Source: Candidatus Saccharimonadota bacterium
GTDB taxonomy: Bacteria > Patescibacteriota > Saccharimonadia > Saccharimonadales > JAUPVS01
Assembly: GCA_037139495.1 (NCBI GenBank)
Contig: JBAXGG010000002.1
Location: 1 to 55,776 of the forward strand
DNA length: 55,776 nt
Direction: 5' to 3'
Within the stretch, counting starts at the first letter, position 1; each line of letters starts with the position of its first letter. Positions 42,424 to 52,612 of the stretch are shown here, piece by piece. Both the position numbers and the translations under genes were made by a program. The notes beneath the pieces are model-generated. The model had not been told where the DNA came from, did not search any database, and saw only the letters and a program-made list of their open reading frames with translations.

Positions 42424-44205
42424 CTAATCGCGCCTGAGCATTACCGTAAAAGCTTCGGCCGGTATGTCGACCTTACCAAATCGTTTCATGCGTTTTTTAC
42501 CTTTAGCTTGCTTAGCTAAAACTTTTTTCTTGCGTGATACGTCACCACCGTATAGCCCTGTTGTAACGTCTTTACGGAAGGCACTTATATCCTCGCGGGC
42601 GATAAACTTACCGCCTATTGCGGCCTGAAGTGGCACCTGGAAGTTCTGACGTGGGATAACTTCTTTAAGTTTTTCAACCACTTCCCGCCCCAAACGCTGA
42701 GACTCGGTCTTGTGAACCATAATGCTCAGGGCGCCAACAATATCGCCGGCGACATAAAAGTCTAAACGTACTAGGTCTTCAGCTCGATAGTCATCAAGCT
42801 CATAACTAAAAGAGCCATACCCGCTCGTCACACTTTTAAGCTGATCATAAAAATCTGTTAATAAGTTTGCCAGTGGTGCCTCAAAAGTTACTAGGGCTAG
42901 CTGGGCATCAACAAAGGATAGATTCTTTTGGATTCCCCGTTTGCTAACGATTAGCTGTATGACAGCGCCGACAAAATCTTTAGGGACGACAACTTCGCCC
43001 TTAATCCATGGCTCTCTAATCTCTAGAATCTGCGCTGGGTCCGGCAAATCGGTAGCGCTCCTAATGGCTAGCTCTTCGCCGTTCAATAAACTAATCTGGT
43101 AATCGGTTGAAGGGTTAGTAACTACTAGGTCAAGATTGTATTCACGTTCTAGGCGCTCTCGGACAATGTCCATATGCAGTAATCCCAGGAAGCCAATTCT
43201 TACCCCAAAACCTAAAACTGGAGAATTTTCGGGTTCAAACTGCAATGCTGAATCACTCAAACTCAGTTTTTCTATGGCCTCTTTGAGTTCTTGATAATAC
43301 TCATTTGATTCTGGGAAGAACCCAGCATAAACAAACGGCCGGACGTCTTTATAGCCTGGCAAAGATTGAGTAGCTGGCTCCCTGGTTAACGTTACTGTAT
43401 CGCCAACTCGGGCTTGACGGGTACTTTTTAGGTTGGTAACTATGTAGCCTATTTCACCAACTTCTAGCTGTTTGTTTGGAGTCATTTCTGGCCGTAAGGC
43501 TCCAACTTCCAAAGCGATACCCTCAGCACCAGTAGCCATCATGGTAATATTGGCACCTTTGGCAATATCGCCATCCATGACACGTACATACAAAATTACC
43601 CCACGATAGTCATCGTAATAACTGTCAAAAATTAACGCCCTGGTAGAATCTTTCATACCGCCAGTTGGGGCTGGTACGTCTTTAATGACTCGATTTAGTA
43701 CTGCTTCAACTCCCTGTCCAGTTTTGGCAGAAATATGCAAAATGTCTTCAGCTTTACAGCCCAACAGCGAGACTACCTCGGCGCTAACTCGTTCAACATC
43801 TGCCGCTGGTAAATCGATTTTGTTCAAAACTGGGATAATCACTAGATCGGCCGCCAAGGCTAGATAGACGTTAGCCAGTGTCTGGGCCTGAATTCCTTGG
43901 CTGGCATCAACTACCAGGATGGCTCCCTCACAAGCCTCTAAACTGCGCGAAACTTCATAACTAAAATCAACGTGACCGGGAGTGTCTATAAGGTTTAGTT
44001 GATAGCCCTTGTACTTCATTCTGACAGGGGCAAGTTTAATGGTTATACCCTTTTCACGTTCCAAATCCATCTTGTCCAAAAGTTGAGCTTTCATAGCCCG
44101 TTTTTCGACTGTGCCGGTAACTTCCAAGAGCCGATCGGCCAAGGTTGATTTACCGTGATCAATATGCGCAATAATACAAAAATTTCTAACCTGTTTCTGT
44201 TCCAT
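42424..44205 (-). CDS. lepA: Translation elongation factor 4 (LepA)
   Basis: 593 aa. G1 is AHIDHGKST and G3 is DTPGH, with the LepA-specific C-terminal domain. TGTTATACT lies 9 nt upstream of the ATG. Confidence 0.95.
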   Translation of the reverse strand: MEQKQVRNFCIIAHIDHGKSTLADRLLEVTGTVEKRAMKAQLLDKMDLEREKGITIKLAPVRMKYKGYQLNLIDTPGHVDFSYEVSRSLEACEGAILVVDASQGIQAQTLANVYLALAADLVIIPVLNKIDLPAADVERVSAEVVSLLGCKAEDILHISAKTGQGVEAVLNRVIKDVPAPTGGMKDSTRALIFDSYYDDYRGVILYVRVMDGDIAKGANITMMATGAEGIALEVGALRPEMTPNKQLEVGEIGYIVTNLKSTRQARVGDTVTLTREPATQSLPGYKDVRPFVYAGFFPESNEYYQELKEAIEKLSLSDSALQFEPENSPVLGFGVRIGFLGLLHMDIVRERLEREYNLDLVVTNPSTDYQISLLNGEELAIRSATDLPDPAQILEIREPWIKGEVVVPKDFVGAVIQLIVSKRGIQKNLSFVDAQLALVTFEAPLANLLTDFYDQLKSVTSGYGSFSYELDDYRAEDLVRLDFYVAGDIVGALSIMVHKTESQRLGREVVEKLKEVIPRQNFQVPLQAAIGGKFIAREDISAFRKDVTTGLYGGDVSRKKKVLAKQAKGKKRMKRFGKVDIPAEAFTVMLRRD

Positions 44206-44227
44206 CGTTAGAACAGTATAACAGAGA

Positions 44228-44248
44228 AGCCGACGTCAACCGTCGGCT
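44228..44248 (-). terminator. Hairpin after murJ (AGCCGACG-loop-CGTCGGCT)
   Basis: A perfect 8-bp GC-rich stem between the murJ stop and the lepA promoter. The downstream U-tract is weak. Confidence 0.4.
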
Positions 44249-44290
44249 GATGTGTCAAAGGGGGCTGTTTGAACCGTTATATAACACTCG

Positions 44291-45880
44291 CTACTGAATA
44301 CGAACTGTCGAGCCAAGCAGTTGGCGAGTTTTATTGATGACAGGGATAGCTTCTTCCAGGCCAAAAAGCCAAGAAACGCCAATGTGAACCGCAAAAGTAA
44401 CGCTAACTATGGCGCCAAGCTTGAATCCTAGGGTTATAAAGCCCTTATCACTGAGGTTAAGTGGCAAAAGCGAAATCATGATAAAGGCCGTCATCACGCT
44501 AAAGCCCGTGACCGAAACGATCTTTATAACTCCATTCCAGAAATACCAATTAAACAAGTTGTGGTCACGAAAAAGCATAATAATGAACAGGATTGCAACT
44601 TCCACGAAAGCGACAATAGACTGAGCCATGGCTAGACCAGCAATCCCATAGGCCGTCGGGCGCGACAAAGTAACGGCTAGATAAACATTAAGACCAATTG
44701 AAAATATCGATACTAATAGTGGTGTGACCGTATCTTTTTGGGCATAGAACCAGCGAGAAATAATCGCGTAGAGCGTTCTAAAGAAGATGGCTCCTGCCAG
44801 AAATCCAAAGATTAAGGCAATTTGCGGCGCACTAGTAGTAAAAATTAATCGGGCGAAGTAACCACGGGCGAAGTAACAAATAATACTCAGCGGCATGGCT
44901 ATCCAAATCATAACTCGCAAAACTTGTAAGAATTCCTTACGGAACAGGTCTTTTCGACCCTGGGCCAGACGGTCGTTAAGTCGTGGGAAAGCCGCAGTGG
45001 CAATGGCTGTACCGATTAGTAATACCGGTGTCGTGCTCATTATGTAAGCATTCTCGTAGTAACTAATGTTACCTAAGCCAATTTTAGCTGCCAAGTTCGT
45101 CTCGACAATACTGTTAATTGAGTCGATGCCTTGGTCTATCGAGCGCGGTGGTAAGTTACGTAGGATGAGCTTGAAGTCTTTGTTACGCCACATAATATTC
45201 GGTCGCCACTTAAAGCTAATCCCAGGCAAACCGAAGAGAGCGATTATTAACTGCAGGACAGCCCCGATCATTGCCCCAACTCCCAAGCCAACTAAACCAA
45301 TATTATTCCGGAAAACGAAAATACTAATTATGATAGCTAGGTTATAGCCTATAGGCGCCAGTGCGTAAAAGAAGAAGCGTCCATAGGTCTGCTGAACGCT
45401 AACCAGTACCCCAGAAATAGCAAAAAGCATTGGATTGAAGGCCACTAGTCGCATAATAGTCACGGCATTATTGAGCTGTGCAGGCGGTAAAGCTGGCGCT
45501 ACAATCCCGTGTAAAATTGGTTTAGCAAAGATTAGGATAATTAGTCCAACGAGGAACATAACGATGGCCAACAGGTTAAGTAAGCTGTTGGATAATTCCC
45601 AAACACCTTTTTTGTCGCCTTTGTCCATGTGTTCAGCAAGGATCGGCATAAAAGCCACACCCAGGGCACCAGCCGCTAAGGTGAAGAAGAAAAAATCAGG
45701 AATCTTAAAAGCCGCAAAGTAGGCATCGGTACTCTGAGACCCAATTGCTAGAAAATTGGCATTGATTAACTTATAGCGAAGAAAACCTAGAATCTGACCA
45801 ACCATAGAGATAACAATCAGCAAAAATGCAGCATTGCCCAGGCTAGTCCGTTTGTTAGCACGTTTTAAGAATCGATTCAT
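44291..45880 (-). CDS. murJ: Lipid II flippase MurJ (MviN family)
   Basis: 529 aa with about 14 TM helices and a MurJ-like N-terminus (LGFLRYKLINANF...DAYFAAFKIPDF). Confidence 0.85.
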   Translation of the reverse strand: MNRFLKRANKRTSLGNAAFLLIVISMVGQILGFLRYKLINANFLAIGSQSTDAYFAAFKIPDFFFFTLAAGALGVAFMPILAEHMDKGDKKGVWELSNSLLNLLAIVMFLVGLIILIFAKPILHGIVAPALPPAQLNNAVTIMRLVAFNPMLFAISGVLVSVQQTYGRFFFYALAPIGYNLAIIISIFVFRNNIGLVGLGVGAMIGAVLQLIIALFGLPGISFKWRPNIMWRNKDFKLILRNLPPRSIDQGIDSINSIVETNLAAKIGLGNISYYENAYIMSTTPVLLIGTAIATAAFPRLNDRLAQGRKDLFRKEFLQVLRVMIWIAMPLSIICYFARGYFARLIFTTSAPQIALIFGFLAGAIFFRTLYAIISRWFYAQKDTVTPLLVSIFSIGLNVYLAVTLSRPTAYGIAGLAMAQSIVAFVEVAILFIIMLFRDHNLFNWYFWNGVIKIVSVTGFSVMTAFIMISLLPLNLSDKGFITLGFKLGAIVSVTFAVHIGVSWLFGLEEAIPVINKTRQLLGSTVRIQ

Positions 45881-45907
45881 TACCCCCTAGTATAGGGGTA
45901 AAACGCT

Positions 45908-47788
45908 TTAGTATAAAGCAGCTTCTTTAGGAAGTGTGGAGCCTTTCAATATCTTCAAGACATCGTCGGCTTCGACGGTCTCTTTTTCGATTAATACTTT
46001 CTGTAAAGCTTCCAGTTTGGTCTTGTTGGATTTAATTACAGCTCGGGCTCGGCGGGCAGCTTCACTAATTAAGTTTTCAACTTCATCATCAATAATCTTG
46101 GCAGTTTCTTCGGAATATTCTCGCTCGTGCATCAGTTTATCCATCATAATACCTTCGTCGACGTGGAAGACTTGATCACGCAGCTTCTTACCCATACCCT
46201 GGTTAATAACCATGTCACGAGCCAGTTCGGCAGCTTTTTGCAGGTCACTACCTGCTCCAGTCGTAACTCGCTCCGAACCATAGACAACTTCTTCGGCAAT
46301 TCGGCCACCAAGCATTCGAGCCAAAACATCCTTGTACTCAATGATGCTATGGTAGCTTTTATCCTCCGGTGGTATAAACCAAGTAACTCCACCGGTGCCG
46401 CCACGAGGAATAATCGTAACTTTGTGAACCATGTCGCTGTCTGGTAAAACGTGGCCAACTATAGCGTGGCCAGCTTCGTGATAGGCTGTAAGTTCTTTCT
46501 CTTTGTCGCTCATAATTTTACTCTTACGTTCTGGACCGATTGCAACCTTTTCAAAGGCGGCCGTAACGTCGGTTTGACTAATTTCTTTGCGGCTCTGGCG
46601 GGCAGCCAAAATAGCTGATTCGTTAGCGATGTTAGCTAGATCAGCACCCGAGGAGCCCGCAGTTTTAGCTGCCAAGGCATCAAGGTCGACATTTTTTGCC
46701 AATGGCTTTTTAGCGAAGTGGACTTTAAGAATTGCCTCACGGTCTTTACGGTCTGGAAGTCCAATTCCAACCCGCCGGTCAAAACGACCAGGTCGCAATA
46801 ATGCAGGATCAAGTACATCGGCGCGGTTGGTAGCCGCTAAAACAATCACGTTCTGACCTTGTTCGAAGCCATCCATTTCAACCAAAATCTGGTTCAGAGT
46901 TTGCTCGCGTTCGTCATGACCGCCACCCATTCCACTACCGCGTTTGCGACCAACAGCGTCAATTTCATCAATGAAAATAATGCACGGGGAGTTCTTCTTT
47001 GCCTTAGCAAATAAGTCGCGGACTCGACTAGCACCAACACCAACAAACATTTCGACAAACTCCGAACCGGAGATGCTAAAGAATGGAACATTGGCTTCGC
47101 CGGCCACAGCTCTGGCTAGCATGGTTTTACCAGTACCCGGAGGACCGACTAACAAGACGCCCTTAGGAATTTTAGCGCCGACACCTTCGAACTTCTTTGG
47201 GAACTTAAGGAATTCAACAATTTCTTCGAGATCTTGCTTAGCTTCGTCGCTACCAGCTACGTCCTTAAAACTAACCTTATCTTTTTCGTTACCATATAGA
47301 CGAGCTCGACTCTTGCTAAAGCTCATAGCCTGATTCCCCTGTCCCTGAGCACTACGCAGCATAAAGAACAGAACACCGCTAATCAAAATAACTGGCAAAA
47401 TGCCACTAGCCAACGAGACCCACATGCTATTGCTGTTAGATTCTGGTCGCGGGTTAACTGTTAAACCTTCGACGTTCTTGTTAAGACCTTGATCGTAAAT
47501 ACTAGCGCTAGCTTCTTTGTAGGTTCTGGCGCTTGGAGCCGATTGATCTTTTTTGATTACTAAAATTTCGTTACCTTTAATGGTCAGTTCTTTAATCTGC
47601 CCAGCGTTAGCCTGGGAGACAACTTCTGATAAAGGTAATTGGGTCAACTTGCTAGGCTGCTTGAAGGAAGAAAAGATAACGATTCCAAAAATTAGGACAA
47701 TAACAATTAGTGCTAAATTTTTAAAGCTTCGTTTTCCGGGACCTGGTTTTGCCGAAGCTTTCGAGCCTCTGAAGGGTTTTTTATCCAT
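45908..47788 (-). CDS. ftsH: ATP-dependent zinc metalloprotease FtsH
   Basis: 626 aa. Two TM helices, Walker A GPPGTGKT, Walker [10 protein letters not shown], the SRH, and the HEAGH zinc site. Confidence 0.97.
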   Translation of the reverse strand: MDKKPFRGSKASAKPGPGKRSFKNLALIVIVLIFGIVIFSSFKQPSKLTQLPLSEVVSQANAGQIKELTIKGNEILVIKKDQSAPSARTYKEASASIYDQGLNKNVEGLTVNPRPESNSNSMWVSLASGILPVILISGVLFFMLRSAQGQGNQAMSFSKSRARLYGNEKDKVSFKDVAGSDEAKQDLEEIVEFLKFPKKFEGVGAKIPKGVLLVGPPGTGKTMLARAVAGEANVPFFSISGSEFVEMFVGVGASRVRDLFAKAKKNSPCIIFIDEIDAVGRKRGSGMGGGHDEREQTLNQILVEMDGFEQGQNVIVLAATNRADVLDPALLRPGRFDRRVGIGLPDRKDREAILKVHFAKKPLAKNVDLDALAAKTAGSSGADLANIANESAILAARQSRKEISQTDVTAAFEKVAIGPERKSKIMSDKEKELTAYHEAGHAIVGHVLPDSDMVHKVTIIPRGGTGGVTWFIPPEDKSYHSIIEYKDVLARMLGGRIAEEVVYGSERVTTGAGSDLQKAAELARDMVINQGMGKKLRDQVFHVDEGIMMDKLMHEREYSEETAKIIDDEVENLISEAARRARAVIKSNKTKLEALQKVLIEKETVEADDVLKILKGSTLPKEAALY

Positions 47789-47825
47789 ACGTGTATTCTA
47801 TTATATCTGCTCTAAAGCCAGAAAT

Positions 47826-48710
47826 CTAGCGGTCTTGGCTGCCGAGTGCTAAATAGTCCTGGCTGACCGTCATAAAATAGGGCCCGCTTATGTCGGCACG
47901 CTTATGTGGTTTATAGGTTTTTGCGGCTACTACTAACCGTTCCAGCGTCTTCCGGTCAAAGCTTACTTGCTGCGCCCTAAGCCAGCTGGCCAGAACTTCT
48001 TTAGCCACGTTATGCGGTAGCTGGACGAACCAATGTCGATCCATCTTAAGTATATGTGGCTGAATGTGCAACTGGGTAGTCAGAAGATCTTCTATTTCAT
48101 TATTTAATTCGGCAGCTTTAGTAATATGCTCCAGCAACTGCTGGCGTTGGGATTTCGTAAATTTTTTAAGAATCTTTAGTCTGGCGTAGTTACGGAGATA
48201 TTTTTCATCGGCATTGCTGCTGTCTTCACGCCAAACTAGTTTATTTTCATCGGCATGATACTGAAGTTGCTTTTTATCATGAGCCAGTAAGGGCCGGATT
48301 ATTTTATCCTGACTTTTCAAGGAGCTCAAACCACGACGCCCGGTACCTCTTAGAATGTTTATAATAGCTGTTTCGAGCATATCGTCCTGGTGGTGAGCGG
48401 TAATAATCGCCTTAGCACCTGCCGCCAGCCGAACTTTATGCAAAAAATTGTATCTAGCTATACGAGCCTGGTCTTCGCTAGCTCCCGGTCCAAGATGTCC
48501 CTGATGATAAACAAATGGTAAATGATATAAGCGGGCAACGGCCTCAACCAGTCGGCGATCCTGCGAAGAATCAGCCCTAATACCATGATCAAAATGGGCG
48601 ACTGTTAGGCGCAAGTCTAGCTGTCGAGTAAGTAAATCTAGGAGCACCATAGAGTCTACACCGCCAGAAACGGCGACCACATAATGACCAGCAGGAACTA
48701 CAGTTTTCAT
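47826..48710 (-). CDS. tilS: tRNA(Ile)-lysidine synthetase
   Basis: 294 aa. PP-loop VAVSGGVDSMVLL and TAHHQDD. Confidence 0.9.
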   Translation of the reverse strand: MKTVVPAGHYVVAVSGGVDSMVLLDLLTRQLDLRLTVAHFDHGIRADSSQDRRLVEAVARLYHLPFVYHQGHLGPGASEDQARIARYNFLHKVRLAAGAKAIITAHHQDDMLETAIINILRGTGRRGLSSLKSQDKIIRPLLAHDKKQLQYHADENKLVWREDSSNADEKYLRNYARLKILKKFTKSQRQQLLEHITKAAELNNEIEDLLTTQLHIQPHILKMDRHWFVQLPHNVAKEVLASWLRAQQVSFDRKTLERLVVAAKTYKPHKRADISGPYFMTVSQDYLALGSQDR

Positions 48711-48729
48711 CTTGTTATATTAGCAGTAA

Positions 48730-50031
48730 TCAGCCGGCTGAGATGGCATCGGGCGTACTACCCTTCTCATAGAACCTGAGATCGTCTGCCGATTCACCCC
48801 AAATAGCCTGTATACCGCCTAGTATCTCCCAACTAGCCAACACCTCTTTACTAGTACTAAAAAGCGTATGGTCAGAACGCATTGCGTCAACAAATACTCG
48901 CTCATATGCATCTGGTAACTTATTTTTGGGGCTTTGTTTATACTCAAAAGATAGAGGAATCTGCTGTAACTGACGATCAAACCCTGGCTTTTTAAACCAC
49001 AGACTGACATCAGCGCCTTCATTTGGCTGAATATGTAGCGTCAATACATTAGCTTCACTGTTACCTTCGCCTCGATAAGTAATTCGAATCTCGGTAGTAT
49101 GAATGTCGAGTGCCTTACCAGTTGTTAATTTAATTGGTACACCCTTCCAGTTTGGGTCATTCGATTCTAAATTGACCGAAACAAAAGTTTCGACATTACT
49201 ATTAGGGTTACTAACTTCTTTGCGATATCCCATATATTGTCCGCGCACTGCGATTTTAGCCGGCAAGATTTGCTGCAAAGCCTGATGCCGCAAGTCAGGG
49301 ATACTATTCAATTCATCGAGTTTAGGGAGTTCCATTAGTACTAAAGCCAACAATTGCAATAGATGGCTCTGCACGACATCACGCAAAGCACCAGTCTGCT
49401 CGTAAAAAGTTCCGCGACCTTCGATGCCAATAGTTTCACTGGCAATCACCTCTATGCTGGCAATAAACTTATGATTCCAAGTTTGGGAAAAAACCGGGTT
49501 CGCGGCTCTAAAAACAACTAAGTTCTGAGCCATCTCCTTGGCCAAATAATGGTCAATCCTGTAAATTTGATCTTCCTTAAAATGCTTGTCTAAATCCGCT
49601 ACTAGGCCCTCGGCCGATGCTAAATCAGTCCCGAATGGCTTTTCCAGTAATAATTTTGTGCTTGGGACCTTAGATAGGTCAGTTTCTCCGAGCATCTCAA
49701 CTACCGTCTGGACGGCATCTGGTGGTAACGATAGGTAGAAAAGCCGTTGCGCTGAACCGCCTAGTGAACGATTAATACCTTCTAATTGTGTAGCTAGCTT
49801 GTGATAGGCCTGCTTATCTTCCAGATCCATCTGATGCAATTCAAGGTGCTGTTCCCAGAATTCATCATTCGGAGCGACATCGGACAGTTTTAAATCTCGG
49901 CGAGAAATACCGACAATTCTGAATGCTTCTGGTAGCCCACCCAGCTTTGCGATCTCTTGGATTGCTGGCAATAATCTGCGATGCGCCAAATCGCCGGAGA
50001 TCCCGATAATCACTAGAATGGTCGGGGTCAT
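48730..50031 (-). CDS. zwf: Glucose-6-phosphate 1-dehydrogenase
   Basis: 433 aa. GISGDLAHRRLLPA, RIDHYLAKE and EKPFG. Confidence 0.9.
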   Translation of the reverse strand: MTPTILVIIGISGDLAHRRLLPAIQEIAKLGGLPEAFRIVGISRRDLKLSDVAPNDEFWEQHLELHQMDLEDKQAYHKLATQLEGINRSLGGSAQRLFYLSLPPDAVQTVVEMLGETDLSKVPSTKLLLEKPFGTDLASAEGLVADLDKHFKEDQIYRIDHYLAKEMAQNLVVFRAANPVFSQTWNHKFIASIEVIASETIGIEGRGTFYEQTGALRDVVQSHLLQLLALVLMELPKLDELNSIPDLRHQALQQILPAKIAVRGQYMGYRKEVSNPNSNVETFVSVNLESNDPNWKGVPIKLTTGKALDIHTTEIRITYRGEGNSEANVLTLHIQPNEGADVSLWFKKPGFDRQLQQIPLSFEYKQSPKNKLPDAYERVFVDAMRSDHTLFSTSKEVLASWEILGGIQAIWGESADDLRFYEKGSTPDAISAG

Positions 50032-50933
50032 TTATTTAGCTCGTGGCCACCAAATTTATTACGCATGGCAGCTAAAAGTTTAGTAGTAAAGTTAACCTCA
50101 CCTCGTTGCGATGCTAAACGAACATCGAAGGCGGTCTGGATGGCTGGTAATGGAATACCCATGTCCTTAGCAGCTTCGAGTGCCCAGCGGGCTTCGCCAG
50201 ATTCAGCCACAAAGCCATCAATACCATCGAGGTTGGGGTTTTCGGCCAACGCTGCTTGCGAGAGTTCATTCAGCCAGGAAGTTACCACGCTATGATGCTG
50301 CCAAACATTGCCTGCAGCGGCCAGATCGATACCATCTTCATAGGCACCTTCTTTGAGCATCCGATAGCCTTCTGCTAAACTTTCCATCATACCGTACTCA
50401 ATAGCGTTATGGACCATTTTTACGTAATGACCGGAACCACTATCACCGAAGTGGAAGTAAGCGCCTTCTGGCACAGCTAGTGTTTGTAGGGCCGTTTCAA
50501 TAACAGCCACTCCGGCTTTATCACCACCAACCATCATCGAAAAGCCATTTTGGTAGCCCCAAACTCCGCCACTCGTGCCAACATCTAGCAAGGTTGATCC
50601 CCGGCTAGCAACCAGTTCGGAGCGTTTTTTAGTCTGCCTAAAATCGGAGTTACCACCGTCTATCAAAATACTGCCTTTCGGTAGTAGGTCGAGCCAGATA
50701 GCCAGCTCACTATCAACAACTTCGGAAGGAATCATAATCCATAAAACTACTTGGTCGGAACCAAACTCTTTTACTACAGCCTCTTTGGTCAAAGCAGCAG
50801 TGGCACCATAACCGACCGCCTGTTGGATTGGCTCGGGGTGGCGATTATGAGAAATAACCTGGTGGCCATTTTCACTCAATTTGCGCGAGATCTGCATGCC
50901 CATTCGACCTAAGCCAGAGATTGCAATTTTCAT
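50028..50933 (-). CDS. gnd: 6-phosphogluconate dehydrogenase (decarboxylating), short GndA-like form
   Basis: 301 aa. The Rossmann N-terminus is MKIAISGLGRMGMQI, followed by GSGHYVKMVHNAIEYG. Overlaps both zwf and pgl by 4 nt. Confidence 0.85.
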   Translation of the reverse strand: MKIAISGLGRMGMQISRKLSENGHQVISHNRHPEPIQQAVGYGATAALTKEAVVKEFGSDQVVLWIMIPSEVVDSELAIWLDLLPKGSILIDGGNSDFRQTKKRSELVASRGSTLLDVGTSGGVWGYQNGFSMMVGGDKAGVAVIETALQTLAVPEGAYFHFGDSGSGHYVKMVHNAIEYGMMESLAEGYRMLKEGAYEDGIDLAAAGNVWQHHSVVTSWLNELSQAALAENPNLDGIDGFVAESGEARWALEAAKDMGIPLPAIQTAFDVRLASQRGEVNFTTKLLAAMRNKFGGHELNK

Positions 50934-51595
50934 TCGTTGTCTCCTATCTGATCATTAAATATTGTCAGTTTAGTTACTTGTTTTAAAGCCTGAGCCGGTT
51001 CTTTATCGAAGTTAATATCTTGAAGTAAGCCTTCCAGAGCTGCCTGTTTTGATTTACCCATAGCGTAAACTACGGCTTCTTTAAGTGCGGCTATAGCTAA
51101 CGGTGTCATGGTAACCCGCGTAAAACCTGGCGCATGATAGCTAGCCGCCCATTCGGCTGAAGTGACCGCTGAGCTACCAGGTAAAATCCCAGCGGTATGC
51201 CCATCAGGTCCCATCCCAAAAAAACCTATACAATAGCTGGCACCTTGGCAAAATCTTTGCAAATTATTTGCAAACTCGCTGGTAGTTTCCGCTAGGCTGT
51301 GGCCATGCAAAACTGGCACCATTGTAGCGCCAGGTAAATGAAAGTTAGCCAAGTGTAGCTGTTGCCAGTTTGAATCTTTATGTCCAACTGGCCCAAATCG
51401 CTCATCAGTAAGAGTTACTGTGAGATTAGTAAGGTCGTTCCCTCTTAATTTTTGACTAACTGCAGCGGCTATAGTAACTGCTGATCCCCCTGATACCAGC
51501 CACAAAACTTTCAGACCCTCACTAAGTTTTCCCATAATCTGGCCGGTCAGATAATCAACCACGATTTCGTCTGAAGTAATTTTACGAATGGTCAT
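50930..51595 (-). CDS. pgl: 6-phosphogluconolactonase
   Basis: 221 aa of the SugarP-isomerase/Pgl family (LSGGSA-like VSGGSAV, TLTDERF, GMGPDGHTAG). Part of the operon with gnd and zwf. Confidence 0.8.
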   Translation of the reverse strand: MTIRKITSDEIVVDYLTGQIMGKLSEGLKVLWLVSGGSAVTIAAAVSQKLRGNDLTNLTVTLTDERFGPVGHKDSNWQQLHLANFHLPGATMVPVLHGHSLAETTSEFANNLQRFCQGASYCIGFFGMGPDGHTAGILPGSSAVTSAEWAASYHAPGFTRVTMTPLAIAALKEAVVYAMGKSKQAALEGLLQDINFDKEPAQALKQVTKLTIFNDQIGDNE

Positions 51596-51633
51596 ATTAA
51601 CTATAAGTATAGTTCATCTGCCGGTGAGTTGTA

Positions 51634-51879
51634 TTAACGAATTTTTGTAATCAGGCGAAGGTTAGAGACATACTGCTCTGGATCAATACTTGGGTGGCCA
51701 TTCAGATAGTTCATGTGTTTATCGACAAAAGGTATTAGGTGATCGGCGTACTGAACGGCAATGCTGTAGCTAGACTTGGTATTGTAGGCTTTATCGGCGG
51801 CAATATCAGTTAGTGCCTGCTTTACTGCAGCGCCCTCTTCAGATTCGAAAAAGTTAACCTTACGTTTGGTGGTAGCCAT
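51634..51879 (-). CDS. Hypothetical protein
   Basis: 81-aa ORF upstream of pgl with no recognisable motif. Confidence 0.5.
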   Translation of the reverse strand: MATTKRKVNFFESEEGAAVKQALTDIAADKAYNTKSSYSIAVQYADHLIPFVDKHMNYLNGHPSIDPEQYVSNLRLITKIR

Positions 51880-51880
51880 G

Positions 51881-51937
51881 TTAAACCTTGGCTTTTTTAG
51901 GTTTTTTTATTTCGCGGCGACCTTTATCTTTAGACAT
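51881..51937 (-). CDS. Possible 18-aa highly basic micro-ORF (MSKDKGRREIKKPKKAKV)
   Basis: Hand-found. Its stop lies 1 nt before the ATG of the 81-aa ORF (TAA-C-ATG). There is no independent support. Confidence 0.2.
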   Translation of the reverse strand: MSKDKGRREIKKPKKAKV

Positions 51938-52000
51938 CCTCGACTCCAATCTCTATATATTTCCTAGTATACTCTTACTTCGGTAGATAGCCTAATCTAT

Positions 52001-52612
52001 CTAGTCTTTTAGGGAGCCCTTCCGGCGCCAGCGCAAACCGATAAAACCCAGTACCACAAGGTTAGCGATCACCCAAAGCGCTCGCCATAAACCATTTTTG
52101 AGATCAGTGCCAATCATGATGCTATGGAAGAAAACAAACACTATTACGGCGTAGCTTAAAAAGTGGGTCAACTTCCAGGCTCGAAAATATTTGGTCATGA
52201 TCTTATTTAGCGATGTAAAAACAATCGCCACTATCATATAAAGCGATATAACACCCAAAGCTACCCCGAGCGAGCCAACGGCTACGCCCAAAAGATGAGT
52301 ATGTTTATAACCTGAGGCAAAAGGCAAAAGGATCTGATAAACATTGAACGGTATAAATTTGTCGAATAAGAGCGGGATAACGTGTAGCAGAATGGCGACC
52401 GTAAACAATATTCCCAAAGTTCGGTGATTAGCCCAGGCTTTTAGGGGCTGCATGAACTTATATTGGTAGCCGGTAAACATACTTATGCCGGTAATCATAA
52501 GTATAACCAACAAGATTGACGCCATTAATCCGGCCGCTCGAGTTAAATACCAGGTCCAGGTGGTAAACAATCGAACATGGGGCTCGGTGGCAAATAAGGT
52601 TAGGGAGCTCAT
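52001..52612 (-). CDS. Ferric-reductase-domain (NOX/MsrQ-like) di-heme-type membrane protein
   Basis: 203 aa with about 6 TM helices. His63/His77 are 14 residues apart in one helix and His150/His163 are 13 apart in another. Overlaps apbE by 4 nt. Confidence 0.7.
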   Translation of the reverse strand: MSSLTLFATEPHVRLFTTWTWYLTRAAGLMASILLVILMITGISMFTGYQYKFMQPLKAWANHRTLGILFTVAILLHVIPLLFDKFIPFNVYQILLPFASGYKHTHLLGVAVGSLGVALGVISLYMIVAIVFTSLNKIMTKYFRAWKLTHFLSYAVIVFVFFHSIMIGTDLKNGLWRALWVIANLVVLGFIGLRWRRKGSLKD

